NCBI RefSeq assembly: GCF_006345805.1
Contig: NC_043005.1
Location: 69,130,001-69,194,000, forward strand
DNA: 64,000 nucleotides
From: Octopus sinensis
Taxonomy: Eukaryota
Direction: 5' to 3'
Under the pieces are notes generated by a model, which saw only the letters and a list, made by a program, of their open reading frames with translations, made no database searches and was not told the origin of the DNA. Position 1 is the stretch's first letter. Every line of letters starts with the position of its first letter. The translations under genes were made by a program, and so were the position numbers. Shown piece after piece: positions 1-13,037 of this stretch.

Positions 1-569
1 TATATGAGCAGTTATATACAGCTACGTATATAGGTGGATATGTTTGCATGAGTGACTTTGACTGAATGGGAGAACTTGATAATTTAACGTCATGAAATCG
101 ACAATTTTTCTGCGTAATGTTAATAAGATTTGTAAACGTGAAACGATAACAAATTGAAAATATAGATTTATAGAAAGTTAATCGCTCCTCAGACACTCAT
201 ATTTTATACTTCTTATTGAATATAAATACACTCGGACTATATAACATATAACATGTTTGAAAGCATACATTTTCGCAATGCGATACAAATATTTTGAAAT
301 AGAATTATTATATACCCCTATGTAAAATTTGAGTAAGAAAGAGTAGTGAAATTTCAAGTTGAGGTTTATGTACGCCTCTCTACGTAGACGAAGCAATTGA
401 TATTATGAAGTGATTTCACGAATCGAATTGAATTATTCAATATAGAACTAAGTTTAGTGGAAACAATACTGTGTAAGCATATCTCACTATACTCTATCAT
501 ACTTGCAGTACTATAAAGGATTATATGAAACAGCAATAAGAATGATGTGCTGCAAGTATATATGCATGC

Positions 570-1211
570 AAATTCTGGCGTTTGTTGAAATTTTGTTGAG
601 AACACTCTTTGTGGTAAGGCGATTTGACGTCTATCTTTAGCATATTAGAAATACACTTTGGTGGTCATTCCTCCTATTTTGCATGTAATAGAATTTTTAA
701 TCTATGGATTTTTAAATATGGTAAGGCACTAGTTTTAATTGATGTTAATTGACTAAGATCAATTTCTACCCTCATTATTGAATTTCTAAATAACAATGGT
801 CTCTAATCGGTAAATTAGCTGCAGAAATTTATTAACTGCAGAGTTATTTCCGGCCTCAGCACGCCAAAATGAAGACATTTGAAAGATACCACCAAATATA
901 AAATGCAGAACATTATACATATACTCTTTTGGGTAAGCGTTCTGTGTATAATTCTGTAAATGTGTTTGTTTTGTAAGCAAAAGACTACGCTGATGATGAG
1001 TTTACGGATATTTAAATTCGTAAATATTAACATACGAAAATATGGTACACAGGAAATCGTTTTATTTTGTATATTTTCATTTGTCTTGTTCATTTTTAAA
1101 TTCTGGCGTCTGCTGAAATTTTCTTGAGAACACACTCTTCGTCGTAAGGCGATTTGATGTCTATCTTTAGCATATTAGGAATCCACTTTGGTCGTCATTC
1201 CTCTTATTTTG
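570..1211. repeat. Local direct duplication of about 112 bp (570-681 and 1098-1211)
   Basis: Both copies run aaattctggcgt..gagaacac..gtaaggcgatttga..ctatctttagcatattag..ggt.gtcattcctc.tattttg. Manual alignment gives about 10 substitutions and one 2-bp indel. Confidence 0.85.
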
Positions 1212-4189
1212 TGTGCATTATATATATATACATATATATACATGTATATATTGCTGTAACTTAATACGATTTGCAATAATGTGGTTCATCATGTAAATGC
1301 AATTGGAATATCTATAACAAGGATTACAATACCATAATGGTAAACGGCATCTAGGTATTATAATATAAATTTGAATCTATGCTTATTGCTCATATATATA
1401 TAGGTGTGTATGTTTCTACGTCTGTATATATGTGTATGTGTGTGTGTGTAAAACACATACATACAGATACGTACGCGAGCGCGCACACACACGTATGTAT
1501 TGCCGGTTTTATTTACGTTCCCATAATGCACTAGGGTCTAATTGTTTGGACAAACCCCTCAAGATAAACCGTTTACACTCAGACTTATTCATCAGCCTTT
1601 CCACAAAGTGTCACAAAACTGATTGCCCATTCAACGGGCTTATATTCCTTTAGAATGCAGTCGACTTTGACCAGTGACATTTATTTTCATCAGGGACTGA
1701 TGAAAATCGGTTTCCGCTGAATAGAAGAGCATGGAGCTGTGTTCATTGTGGCTGAGGTAAGCCGTGGTTTCTACATTTAATATTTCCAAGCAAAAAGAAC
1801 GCTAAATGTTCCAACACCTACTTTAGAACCTCATTCACGTATCATCGCTTCATTGCATTTACACATCAGCGCTACATTCTTTTTACCATTATTCGGTGTC
1901 TAAAGAATGCATTCATCCATACATTCTTTTTACATAACTCGCACACTTTTCCGCTATTTAAACTGATATTCCTTATCATCTGCGAAAAATATCTGCAATA
2001 AACTTACGGAATCTTCTTACCCTATTTTATTAAATGATGATAGAAAATATAAGCGGTAATCCATGTATGAGCCAACCTTTCGCTTCTCACTTTGCATAGT
2101 ATTCCACTTTCCAGCGAGTGCCATTTCCTATTAAATCTGGTGTTTCCACTTGGATACTTCTGCGCAATCTACATACATATCGGTCAAGTATGGAGAGATA
2201 CCCGACTGATTTAAACCAATACATCAATAACGCTAGAACCTTTCCTTGCATGTCTTCTACACATTTCGTAACAGAGCTTACCGCTATATTCAGTAAGATG
2301 TTTAATTTAAGAAGATGCCGCAGTATTTAGAAGCTTATATCTATGTAACCCATTTCAAAGCAAAGAAAAGTACGTACTCCGATTAAGTAAAATAACACGC
2401 GAATGCTCTTCTATCAGCACCAAGTTAACGAATAGCATTTATAATGACGCTGTCTCACATGTCAAATATTTCTCTCACTTCGATGACAGGTAAGCGAGGC
2501 TTCTGTTGGACTAACTGCTGGATATCTTCTTTGTTTTGTCACTCACCAGAGATGTGCATTTCAGGCAATATTGTAACTTTAGATATCAGCAAACTTGTAG
2601 CAAGCACACAAATATTTGAAATGTTCTAACTATGCCTTCCGACGATCTTTGATCAGCCATACACTCAAACATCTTAGGTCTTCCATAGATTTTGGCTTCG
2701 TCCATTATCACTTCTTGATAGATATCAAGATCGATTCCCCCAACGATGCCTATTGTTATGCAGATAATATGAAGTGACGTTTTGCCCTAAATTGTCTGAC
2801 CATACATCATCAACCACACCACAGAATAAACGTGTGATAATACCACAAAATAACTCGAATGTAATCACAAATTGCAGTTATTTTGAATGTAAAGTTTCGA
2901 CAAAAAGTTTTTGCCAGTCCACATTTAATTAATCGTGAATATCACTGGCTGGTGTAAAAGTCGGTTAACATAATTTTTAGCACTCTATTCCGTTATAGCA
3001 ATAGTATTAAAATTCATTGAATGTGCACGTTGTAAAACTATAAGACTTATTTCACAGCCTCAAACAGAGCAGTACTGCCATAAAATTGATGTAATTTCCT
3101 GGTATACAAAAGACGATCTGTACGTTGTGTAATGAAATCGATAATAAGTCTTAACACTTAAGGGGGTTCGATGTTAAAATCGATAAATTCTGAGCGCTAA
3201 CGAATTTTGTGTCGTTCTATTGCATTCAATCCCTGTTCCATTATTTTGTTTCTCATGTAAAAGTATATGTGCATCGGTGTGTGTTAAGAGGGCATACACG
3301 TGCGTGTAACTCCCTTTTCTTTGTTTCATTTTATTTGTTCGCATACAATAAAATATATTGATAAATTAAAAAGGAAAAAAAGAATACAAAGAAAGTGTAG
3401 CTTATGGTTATCGGCCAGTAGTAATTATTAACTACGTATTAGCGAAAATCCATGATAATTGAAGCTTTAAAATATAAATAATCTCATTTTCAATATTCCA
3501 TCAATTAATTTCTTAACTGAAGATTTGTTGTAGCTCTCTTGTTTTTTTTTACTATGTATTCAAATCCTGTTTGTTTTAAATGACACTATATGTTATCCAC
3601 ATAAGTGTTATTTTCAACGTGCTGTACAGAACTTAGTAAACGAAAAGCGGGGAATCCTAACTCATTTGGTAAACGCCTTACACATAGAAGATATTTCTAT
3701 CTTTGTCACATTACGTATTATTGCATAATACAGTTTCATATAGACTTTCTTGATAAGGAGGCAATACTCATGGAAAAAGTATCTGCGATGGAGATTGATT
3801 TAGCCAGAAATTAAATTAAAGCAAGGTACACGATCAAAATAATAAATAAAAATAATATTGCTTCTCAAAATTATTGTTCTTAGCCGTAATTAATTCGCTT
3901 TACACATGCTTTTCTCTGTGTTAAAAATGCATCTCACCAATTTAATTTACATGCATGTTGATATTTGATCGACTAAATATAAGAGACAAATGTTATTCAA
4001 ATATATCCTTAATAATCTTGGTTAAGTAAATATTTTCTTAGCTCACATTGTTCTAAGTAGACCTGGGGAGACAGACAACCCATTATCAAAAATGCCTATT
4101 ATCATAGGTCTGTCAAATCACGAGATAATTTGTATGTAAAATAAATCAACAACTACAGGTACTGAAGCAGAATCAGCGGCAAAAACGAT

Positions 4190-4238
<49 letters not shown>

Positions 4239-5404
4239 AATTAATGTATGTTACGCAGACTTTAGATAGCACGATATGAAACGTAATCAGTATATGTTGT
4301 GAACTGTACAAAGCAATAAAATTATTTTGTAACTGTTTCATCCAAATACAAAAATGCATTTCATTTATGGTATCCTCTACCAGTCGGAAACCAGACAATC
4401 TCTTAATCTATTCTTTTAGTCTGGATTCTATATATTACTTAACCTGGCACATAATACTTATCTTTAAAACAGAAAAAAAAAACTACAACGCTTAAAATGT
4501 TAAAAGCAATGTCTTATGTATTTTCTTTAAAGACGTTATAAATAGTTGATTTGGTTTTCATTTGCCTAACTAAGAACAGTTCTTAGTGGTAAGACCATAG
4601 CGGAACTACTTCTAGCATAACGGCGTCCACATAGTGGTTTCCCTCTAATATGTATATATATAAGTTTATATAACCAAAGCGACAGATGAGGTTGGGTGCT
4701 AAGAAGGCACCTTGTGCAAGTTACTACAACTACAGCCTAGAGTCGGCCAAAAGCTGGTGCGAGTTCATTCGCTAATCGTTTATTCCATTGCGGAAATTGT
4801 TGGGGACGTTGAAGATTTGACATTTGATGCGACTGATGTTTGTTACGTATATGGAGTGATGTGTGAAAATGTCATTTTTATTTACATTGAAATAATGTTT
4901 TTTTGTACCATGTTCGAACAGTCACTTATTAAATACTGTCTTTTATCTTTTCAAATGAATTTAAACAACACCGGCTAAAAGAGAAATATTCATATAAACT
5001 TTCAAAATAACAAATATTTTCCTTTGAATTAACATGTAACTGCACTTTGTGAATTGAAACAATAACGATACAAGATCTTTTACTCCTAAAATCTGAAATT
5101 TATTCGTTCCTTGAGTTACATTCAACACAAAAAGTGTGTTGTCATCCACGGACGTAAACACAACATTTTTTGTCATTATAATAGTATCTATATTAATACA
5201 AACCTCGTTGGTTTGTTACGCTTACTGATATAAGTAAAATAGTTTCAACTGTAAATATTACATAAAGTTTAACAGTCTAAATACATGGAACACGAATGAT
5301 AAGCATTAACAGTTATAGTGAACACAAAGCTCATTTACATTTTACATATTGACCATGTAGGATTGATATAATTCTATTACCTATTAATCCATATATGTAT
5401 ATAT

Positions 5405-5582
5405 GTAATTTTGTTTCCTCTGTCTTCCCTTCTCGGGATCTTTCCTTCTCCTTTGTTTCCGACGAAGAGCTCCGCTCGAAATGTTAAACCCTCCTTACCT
5501 TCTTTCCTGAGCGTCAAATAATACTTTAATTGTTCCACGTCCTCGCGTTGCTGTGTTTTTTTCTGTGTTTTCTTGTTTGGAT

Positions 5583-5587
<5 letters not shown>
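5405..5587 (+). mobile_element. Short Penelope pLTR-like repeat with a minimal hammerhead ribozyme motif, ending in (TA)n
   Basis: gttt-CCGACGA-a-GAGC-tcc-GCTC-GAAA-tGTT-aaac at 5455-5489, followed by tcctgagcgt..aatac, a T-rich tail and a (TA)n tract. Homologous to the copies at 7.4 kb and 22.4 kb. Confidence 0.7.
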
Positions 5588-5613
<26 letters not shown>

Positions 5614-5629
5614 CTTCAAAATCATAATT

Positions 5630-5790
5630 CAGTGTCCGCTTCTATTGCTGGTTAGATGGCTAGACTTGAGTTGATGAACCAGAGAGCTACACCAGTTTCC
5701 AGTCTGATTTGGCATTGTTTCTACAGCTAGATATTTCTCCTAATGCTAAGCATTACAGGGCTAAGATGGGTGTTTCCACGTGCCACCGAT
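5630..5790 (-). mobile_element. Degenerate SINE fragment with a Meta-domain-like central motif
   Basis: gtttctacagctagatatttctcctaatgctaagc is a decayed reverse complement of the ggttggcgttaggaagggcatccagctgtagaaac-type motif, followed by acgtgccaccg. Confidence 0.5.
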
Positions 5791-5836
5791 ATCAACAGCA
5801 ACTACGATTCACTTGTGGTATTTTCATATACATACG

Positions 5837-5877
<41 letters not shown>

Positions 5878-6998
5878 AGAGAGAGAGAGGGAGGGAGAGA
5901 GTGCGGAGCGAGATAACTTGATAGATAGATATACATATATATTTTAACACACTGTACATTTGAAACAGTAGTTGTTTGGAAAAGATCCAATTTGTATAAC
6001 GGCCAATAATTTTTTCAATATTTACACATCTGTTATTGTAGATATTTTTCTCATACTGTGTGATTTTGAAAATAGCCATTTTAATGAAGAATTGATGAGA
6101 TGCTCAAGATTAATACCTCAACACTCGAACAATTCAGTTTACTCGTGCAAAAAAAAAAAAAGAAAAACCCACTTTTGTCTAAATGAGCAATAAATTAATG
6201 GGGATAATGAAAAAAATATTACTTTAAGTGATACAAATCGGGAGAAGAATCTTGAAATGATTAAAAACACTAAATGGACAATATAAATTCTTACAAAAAT
6301 ATATAGTAAATTACAAGAAAAATAATAAAGTAGTGAAAATCAAATTAACTGTAAAATGTTATTGATATTAATTTCCTAAGGACCTCGAATTCAAAATTAT
6401 TTGTTCCATATTTTAAAAGAGCATTTTAGAAAACAGACTCTTTGTAAAGAACAGGTATTATATTTGAATGATGAAGAGAGATAAACATATGCAAGTATGT
6501 GAATGCTTAGCAGGTATGTTAATATTTAGCAAGTATGTTAATAATTTCTTTTATCATTTCCAGCTCCAACGATATCGTTTCAACCTCAATATGCATGCTT
6601 TATTTGTAACATAACCATAATCTTTATACTGAGAAGATCACTTCATAAAATTCTTCCATATATTTTGGAGCATTGTAAAGTAAGTAATTTTTAAAGTTCA
6701 TCATTGGTATTCGCAATATTTTACCATACAAAAATATGTCATGCAATAAAGATAGAAGTTTAATATTGTGATTCGAGTCTGTACATTGGGGTGAAATCCT
6801 TTGTTTTCTACTCTATTTCATATTAATAGAATATCACATTTTAATATAAAGTATGAAATATATGGATTTAAATTATAGGATAAAATGCAATCTCACTTGT
6901 TCGTAGAAGTAATGTATTATGGATGCATGTCCAATATATTTATTGCTTTAGAATATCCGAATTTCATAAATATATGTGAGTAGCGATGAAGCAAATGG

Positions 6999-7260
6999 GA
7001 AAATTCAACATTCAATCCATTAAGAGGATCCTGTAGCTTATATTGGTGGCTTAGCTTATATGAATATATATTTCGCAAAATAATATTGCAAAACATATCT
7101 ATTTTTTCTTACCAATACAAATAAATGTCAATTTTCTAGTCGTTGGAGTTTTTGCCGATTATACATTCTCAAAAGTGTTTAAAGTGTACACAGATGCTCA
7201 CACAAACGCATCAACACATACACATTCACATACATATACCCACACTGACTCTGACGCGCC

Positions 7261-7310
<50 letters not shown>

Positions 7311-7588
7311 TATCTTTATATACTAGCATCACTCATATATTTTTCATGTCATCTCTGTCTTCCTTGCCACCTCCACATCAAGTTGACTCCACATGTGGCC
7401 CCCTTGTAGCATTTGTTAAGCGTCTACTTTGGACATGTTTACCCACTTTCTTTTCTCCAACTCTGTTATGTCTGTTGAAAAGCTTATGCTCGAAACGTAA
7501 AATAATTCTGCAGCCCTATCCTGCACGTAAACCAAATACAAGCTGTTTGTTTTTTCTACCTCGTCTTCGTGTTTGCTTTTTTCATTCA

Positions 7589-7636
<48 letters not shown>

Positions 7637-8468
7637 ATGAGAGTGAAAGAGAGAAAGGGGGAGAGAGAGACAGAGATAGATGAATTGATAGATAGATTAG
7701 TACATAGATGATAGATGGATAGATGGATAAATTGATAGAGAGACACATATAGGAAATCACACATTAAAATTCGCACTAATATATGTATGAACATATTGAA
7801 CTCACACGGTTTTCGGTCCGTGCACCAGATACTTCTTAGACGGAAGGCATCGCAGAATACAAGCTATGCATAAAGAACTGCATGATATATGTGTAGTAGT
7901 AAGATAAAACGTGCAGCCGCTTCTTTGATTAGAATTTGCTTAAAGGCAAAGAGATGAAAGTGCTCTGTATCGAGTTTTATCAACGAAAAACACATACATC
8001 GGACACTCTATGAACACACAATGACGCGACACATAGATAAATGCTAAACCACAACAGAAGTAAAGTAAAACTCAATCTAAGAACAACCTGCCATTTTACA
8101 AAAGAACACGAGAACAACAGTTGATGGCCATTATCTTCAAAACCAAATATAGTTGACGTAAAAAATTATTGACTGCTTTTGACTTACTATCTATAAGCAA
8201 CTTTCCTTTTATGAGAATTATCCCAATTCTAATACTTTTTATGCCAAATTGATAAAATAGGCCCCAAATCTAATATCAAGAGAACGTATTTATTGAATGC
8301 TAGGCACATGACGAAAGAAACATGTCAATAACAAGATGTCTATTTGATAAGAAAAAGTACGAATAGCGTTGAGACAAATAGGAAAAATCAGCATTAAGTC
8401 CACTATTTGATCCTGTAGCTTATATAAGAGATATAGATTATATGAATATCTATTTCAGAAGATAATAT
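6999..8468. repeat. Old local direct duplication of about 90 bp (6999-7086 and 8381-8468)
   Basis: Shared blocks in the same order: ggaaaa.tca.catt, gatcctgtagcttatat, ttatatgaatat.tatttc, ataatat. Confidence 0.7.
7307..7592 (+). mobile_element. Short Penelope pLTR-like repeat with a hammerhead motif, between two (TA)n tracts
   Basis: tatgt-CTGTTGA-a-AAGC-ttat-GCTC-GAAAC-GTA-aaata at 7467-7504, then tcctgcacgt..aatac. (TA)n tracts on both sides. Confidence 0.65.
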
Positions 8469-8564
8469 AATTTCTTGTGTCGTATTACATTTTTATTAAT
8501 CTTAGACAACATTCCTTCAAAGATATTTGTTAAAATTCAGTATAAGGAAAAATAATAATGCAAC

Positions 8565-8668
8565 CAATTTCAACGACCTCAGAGGAGTTTGAGATCAGGA
8601 CGTAAAGACGGACGAAATATAGCTAAGCATTTCTTCCGGTGTGGTAACGATTCTGGCTGCTCGCCGAT
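8565..8668 (-). mobile_element. Degenerate head of tRNA-derived SINE family 1
   Basis: gacgaaatatagctaagcattt..taacgattctggctgctcgcc matches the head of the intact copy at 25255-25485. Confidence 0.7.
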
Positions 8669-8673
8669 TTCAT

Positions 8674-8693
8674 AGTAGTAGTAGTAGTAGTAA

Positions 8694-8727
<34 letters not shown>

Positions 8728-8760
8728 TAGTAGTAGTAGTAGTAGTAGTAGTAGTGATAG
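8674..8760. repeat. (TAG)n microsatellite
   Basis: Direct read. Confidence 0.95.
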
Positions 8761-8907
8761 TCATTGAGTCTATATTAAAAGGAGTGTGCCATTATCATCT
8801 AGTGAACGATATTTCGACATCTTGTGTGCCTTCAAAAGGTTCTTTTAATTTCGACTGTATATCTTCTGGAGGAGTTACCTCAATCCTATATATATATATA
8901 TATATAT

Positions 8908-8944
<37 letters not shown>

Positions 8945-8968
8945 TAATAATAATAATAATAATAATAT

Positions 8969-8990
<22 letters not shown>

Positions 8991-8999
<9 letters not shown>

Positions 9000-10447
9000 G
9001 CTGTCCCAGTTATATGTTACAACTACAGTATCCTTAACTGGACACTAAATGATCTGACCAAAATAGATAGGAAAACAAGAAAAATAATGACAGGATCTAG
9101 GATGCATCACCCAAAATCTGACATAGAAAGACTATATATACAACGTATAGAAGGTGGTAGAGGCCTTATACAGCTGGAAAACTACTATAAAATAACCACC
9201 ATAGGACTGCAAAAATATCTACTTCAGAAGGAAGGAAAACTGATACAAATAGCGGCCAAACATGAGCAAAACAAAAAATTGTTCTTAGTATTTAAGGAAG
9301 CTGACAAATACAAACAAGAAATCATACCACCTAACAAATATGAAGAAGAAGAAGAAGAAGAAGAAGAAGAAGAAGAAGAAGAAGAAGAAGAAGAAGAAGA
9401 AGAAGAAGAGAAGAAGAAGTAGAAGAAGAAGACGAAGAAGAAGAAGAAGAAGAAGAAAAGAAGAAGAAGAAGAAGAAGAAGAAGAGAAGAAGAAGAAGAA
9501 GATAAAGAAGAAGATGAAGAAACAACAAACGCTATAAAACAAATGAAATCCGAACTAAAACTAGAACAGCAAAGAACCATGATAAAACAATGGCAAGAAA
9601 AACCCCTTCATGGTAAATACTGGACTAAACTAAATGCAAAAGAAATAGAGAAAGAAAAATCCCAGCAATGGTTGAGAAGCTCAGGACTCAAAGCAGAGAC
9701 AGAGGGATTTTTAACTGCAGCACAAGACCAAAGCCTCCCCACCAGAAATTACCAAAAACATGTAATGAAAAGAAATATAACAAGTAACTGTAGAATATGT
9801 GGAGATGGACAAAACGCAATAAATCATATTATCTCTGGCTGCCCAGTCCTGGCAAATAAGGAATATATTCACAGACATAACAGAGTTGGAACCTACATAC
9901 ACTGGAAACTATGCCAACATTATGGAATAACAACAAAAAAAAGATGGTATAGGCACACACCAGAAAGGGTCACAGAAAACGAGAAAGCAACCATACTCTG
10001 GTATATGCCGATACACACAGATAGAGAAATTAAGGCCAACAGACCATATATTGTTGTCAGAGATCATGAGGACAAAAAATGCTTTCTAAATGATGTATCA
10101 ATACCGGCAAATGACAACGTGTCTCTAAAAGAAATGGTGAAACTTTCAAAATACAAAGACCTGGAAATAGAGGTAACCAGAATGTGGAATCTAAGAACAG
10201 AAACAATTCCTATCATAGTAGGTGCATTAGGCATAATAAAAAATATTCAAATACATAACAAAAACACCAAGACTTACAAACACATATAACATACAGAAAA
10301 TTGCACTACTAGGCACTGCACACATCCTACGCAGAACAATTTCCATACAATAACCATCAGAGCATCACAACAAATCAGAGCACATACCCAAGGCACACAG
10401 AGCTGCGCTCCGTAGTGAAGTGAAATCACACTATAAAAATAAAATTA

Positions 10448-10450
<3 letters not shown>
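8991..10450 (+). mobile_element. 5'-truncated R4/Dong-clade LINE (family A, copy 1) in (AAT)n; ORF broken by a (GAA)n expansion and a frameshift
   Basis: RT thumb HHPKSDIERLYIQRIEGGRGL, LHGKY, CCHC knuckle CRICG..NHIISGC and restriction-like endonuclease RHNRV..RP.IVV..DVSIP..KLSKYKDL. The 3' UTR ends actg(AAT)n, with AAT tracts on both sides. Confidence 0.92.
9342..9520. repeat. Expanded (GAA)n microsatellite inside the Dong ORF
   Basis: About 55 GAA-type units. The homologous spot in the 28-29 kb copy encodes only KEEEEYDEE. Confidence 0.95.
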
Positions 10451-10487
<37 letters not shown>

Positions 10488-10649
10488 TTAATAATAATAA
10501 TAATAACAACAACAACAACAATAATAATAATAATAATAACAATAGCAATAATATAATGATAATAATAATAAAAATAAAAATAATAATAATATAATAAATA
10601 ATAATAATATTAATAATAATAATATATTAATAATAATAATAATAATAAT

Positions 10650-10698
<49 letters not shown>

Positions 10699-10725
10699 GT
10701 AATAGTAATAATAATAATGATAATA

Positions 10726-10766
<41 letters not shown>

Positions 10767-10794
10767 TATAATAATAACAATAATAATAATAATA

Positions 10795-10849
<55 letters not shown>

Positions 10850-10850
<1 letters not shown>

Positions 10851-11632
10851 CAGCAATGGTTGAGAAGCTCAGGACTCAAAGCAGAAACAGAGGGATTTTT
10901 AATTGCAGCACAAGACCAAAGCCTCCCCACCACAAATTACCAAAAACATGTAATGAAAACAAATATTACAAGTAACTGCAGAATATGTGGAGATGGACAA
11001 GAAACAATAAATCATATTTTCTCTAGCTGCCCAGTCCTGGCTAAGAAGGAATATATTCAAAGACATGACAGAGTTGGAACCGACATACATTGGAAGCTAT
11101 GCCAACATTATGGAATAACAACAGAAAAAAGATGGTATAGGCACACACCAGAAAAGGTCACAGAAAACGAGAAAGCAACCATACTCTGGGATATGCCGAT
11201 ACACACAGATAGAGAAATTAAGGCCAACAGACCAGATATTGTTGTCAGAGATCATGAGGAAAAAATGCTTTCTAATTGATGTATCAATACCGGCAAATGA
11301 CAACATGTCTCTAAAAGAAATGGTGAAACTTTCAAAATACAAAGACCATGAAATAGAGGTAACCAGAATGTGGAATCTAAAAACAGAAACAATTCCTATC
11401 ATAGTAGGTGCATTAGGCATAATAAAAAATATTCAAATACATAACAAAACACCAAGACTTACAAACACATATAACATACAGAAAATTGCACTACTAGGCA
11501 CTGCACACATCCTACGCAGAACACTTTCCATACAATAACCATCAGAGCATCACAACAAATCACAGCACATACCCAAGGCACACAGAGCTGCGCTCCGTAG
11601 TGAAGTGAAATCACACTATAAAAATAAAATTA

Positions 11633-11635
<3 letters not shown>
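10850..11635 (+). mobile_element. R4/Dong family A copy 2 (zinc knuckle, REL endonuclease, 3' UTR), frameshifted
   Basis: ORFs 10860-11279 and 11239-11538 end ALLGTAHILRRTLSIQ. Same 3' end as copy 1. Confidence 0.92.
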
Positions 11636-11669
<34 letters not shown>

Positions 11670-11767
11670 TTAATAATAATAATAATAACAACAACAACAA
11701 CAATAATAATAATAGCAATAATAATAATGATAATAATAATAATAATAATAATAAAAATAAAAATAAA

Positions 11768-11803
<36 letters not shown>

Positions 11804-11844
11804 TAATAATAATAATAAAATATAATAATAATAATAATAATAAT

Positions 11845-11881
<37 letters not shown>

Positions 11882-11906
11882 GTAATAGTAATAATAATAA
11901 TAATAA

Positions 11907-11943
<37 letters not shown>

Positions 11944-11971
11944 TATAATAATAACAATAATAATAATAATA

Positions 11972-12020
<49 letters not shown>

Positions 12021-12021
<1 letters not shown>

Positions 12022-12811
12022 CAGCTATGGTTGAGAAGCTCAGGACTCAAAGCAGAAACAGAGGGATTTTTAACTGCAGCACAAGACCAAAGCCTCCCCA
12101 ACAGAAATTACCAAAAACATGTAATGAAAACAAATATTACAAGTAACTGCAGAATATGTGGAGATGGACAAGAAACAATAAATCATATTATCTCTAGCTG
12201 CCCAGTCCTGGCTAAGAAGGAATATATTCAAAGACATGACAGAGTTGGAACCGACATGCATTGGAAGCTATGCCAACATTATGGAATAACAACAGAAAAA
12301 AGATGGTATAGGCACACACCAGAAAAGGTCACAGAAAACGAGAAAGCAACCATACTCTGGGATATGCCGATACACACAGATAGAGAAATTAAGGCCAACA
12401 GACCAGATATAGTTGTCAGAGATCATGAAGAAAAAAAATGCTTTCTAATTGATGTATCAATACCGGCAGATGACAACATGTCTCTAAAAGAAATGGAGAA
12501 ACTCTCAAAATACAAAGACCTGGAAATAGAGGTAACTAGAATGTGGAACCTGAAAACAGAAACAATTGCTATCATAGTAGGTGCATTAGGCATGATAAAA
12601 AAATATTTAGACAAATACATAACAAAAACACCAGGACTTAGAAACACATATAACATACAGAAAATTGCACTACTAGGCACTGCACACATCCTACGCAGAA
12701 CACTTTCCATACAATAACCATCAGAGCATCACAACAAATCACAGCAGATACCCAAGGCACACAGAGCTGCGCTCGGTAGTGAAGTGAAAGCACGCTATAA
12801 AAATAAAACTA

Positions 12812-12814
<3 letters not shown>
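12021..12814 (+). mobile_element. R4/Dong family A copy 3, with an open C-terminal ORF
   Basis: 228-aa ORF 12031-12717 with CRICG..HIISSC, RHDRV, RPDIVV, LIDVSIP and EKLSKYKDLE. Ends actactg(AAT)n. Confidence 0.93.
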
Positions 12815-12892
<78 letters not shown>

Positions 12893-12923
12893 TAATAATA
12901 ATATAATAATAATAATAATAATA

Positions 12924-13022
<99 letters not shown>

Positions 13023-13037
13023 TCAATAATAATAATA

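Noticed and set aside
1694-1756. 63-nt exon-like segment between ttttcatcag and gtaagc
   Set aside because: Stops in all three frames. It could only be non-coding and has no other support.
7143-7794. ORFs rich in YI, HT, CV, LSIY, poly-I, poly-L or poly-E here and throughout the window
   Set aside because: They are translations of stop-free microsatellites (TA, CA, CTAT, AAT, GAA), not genes.
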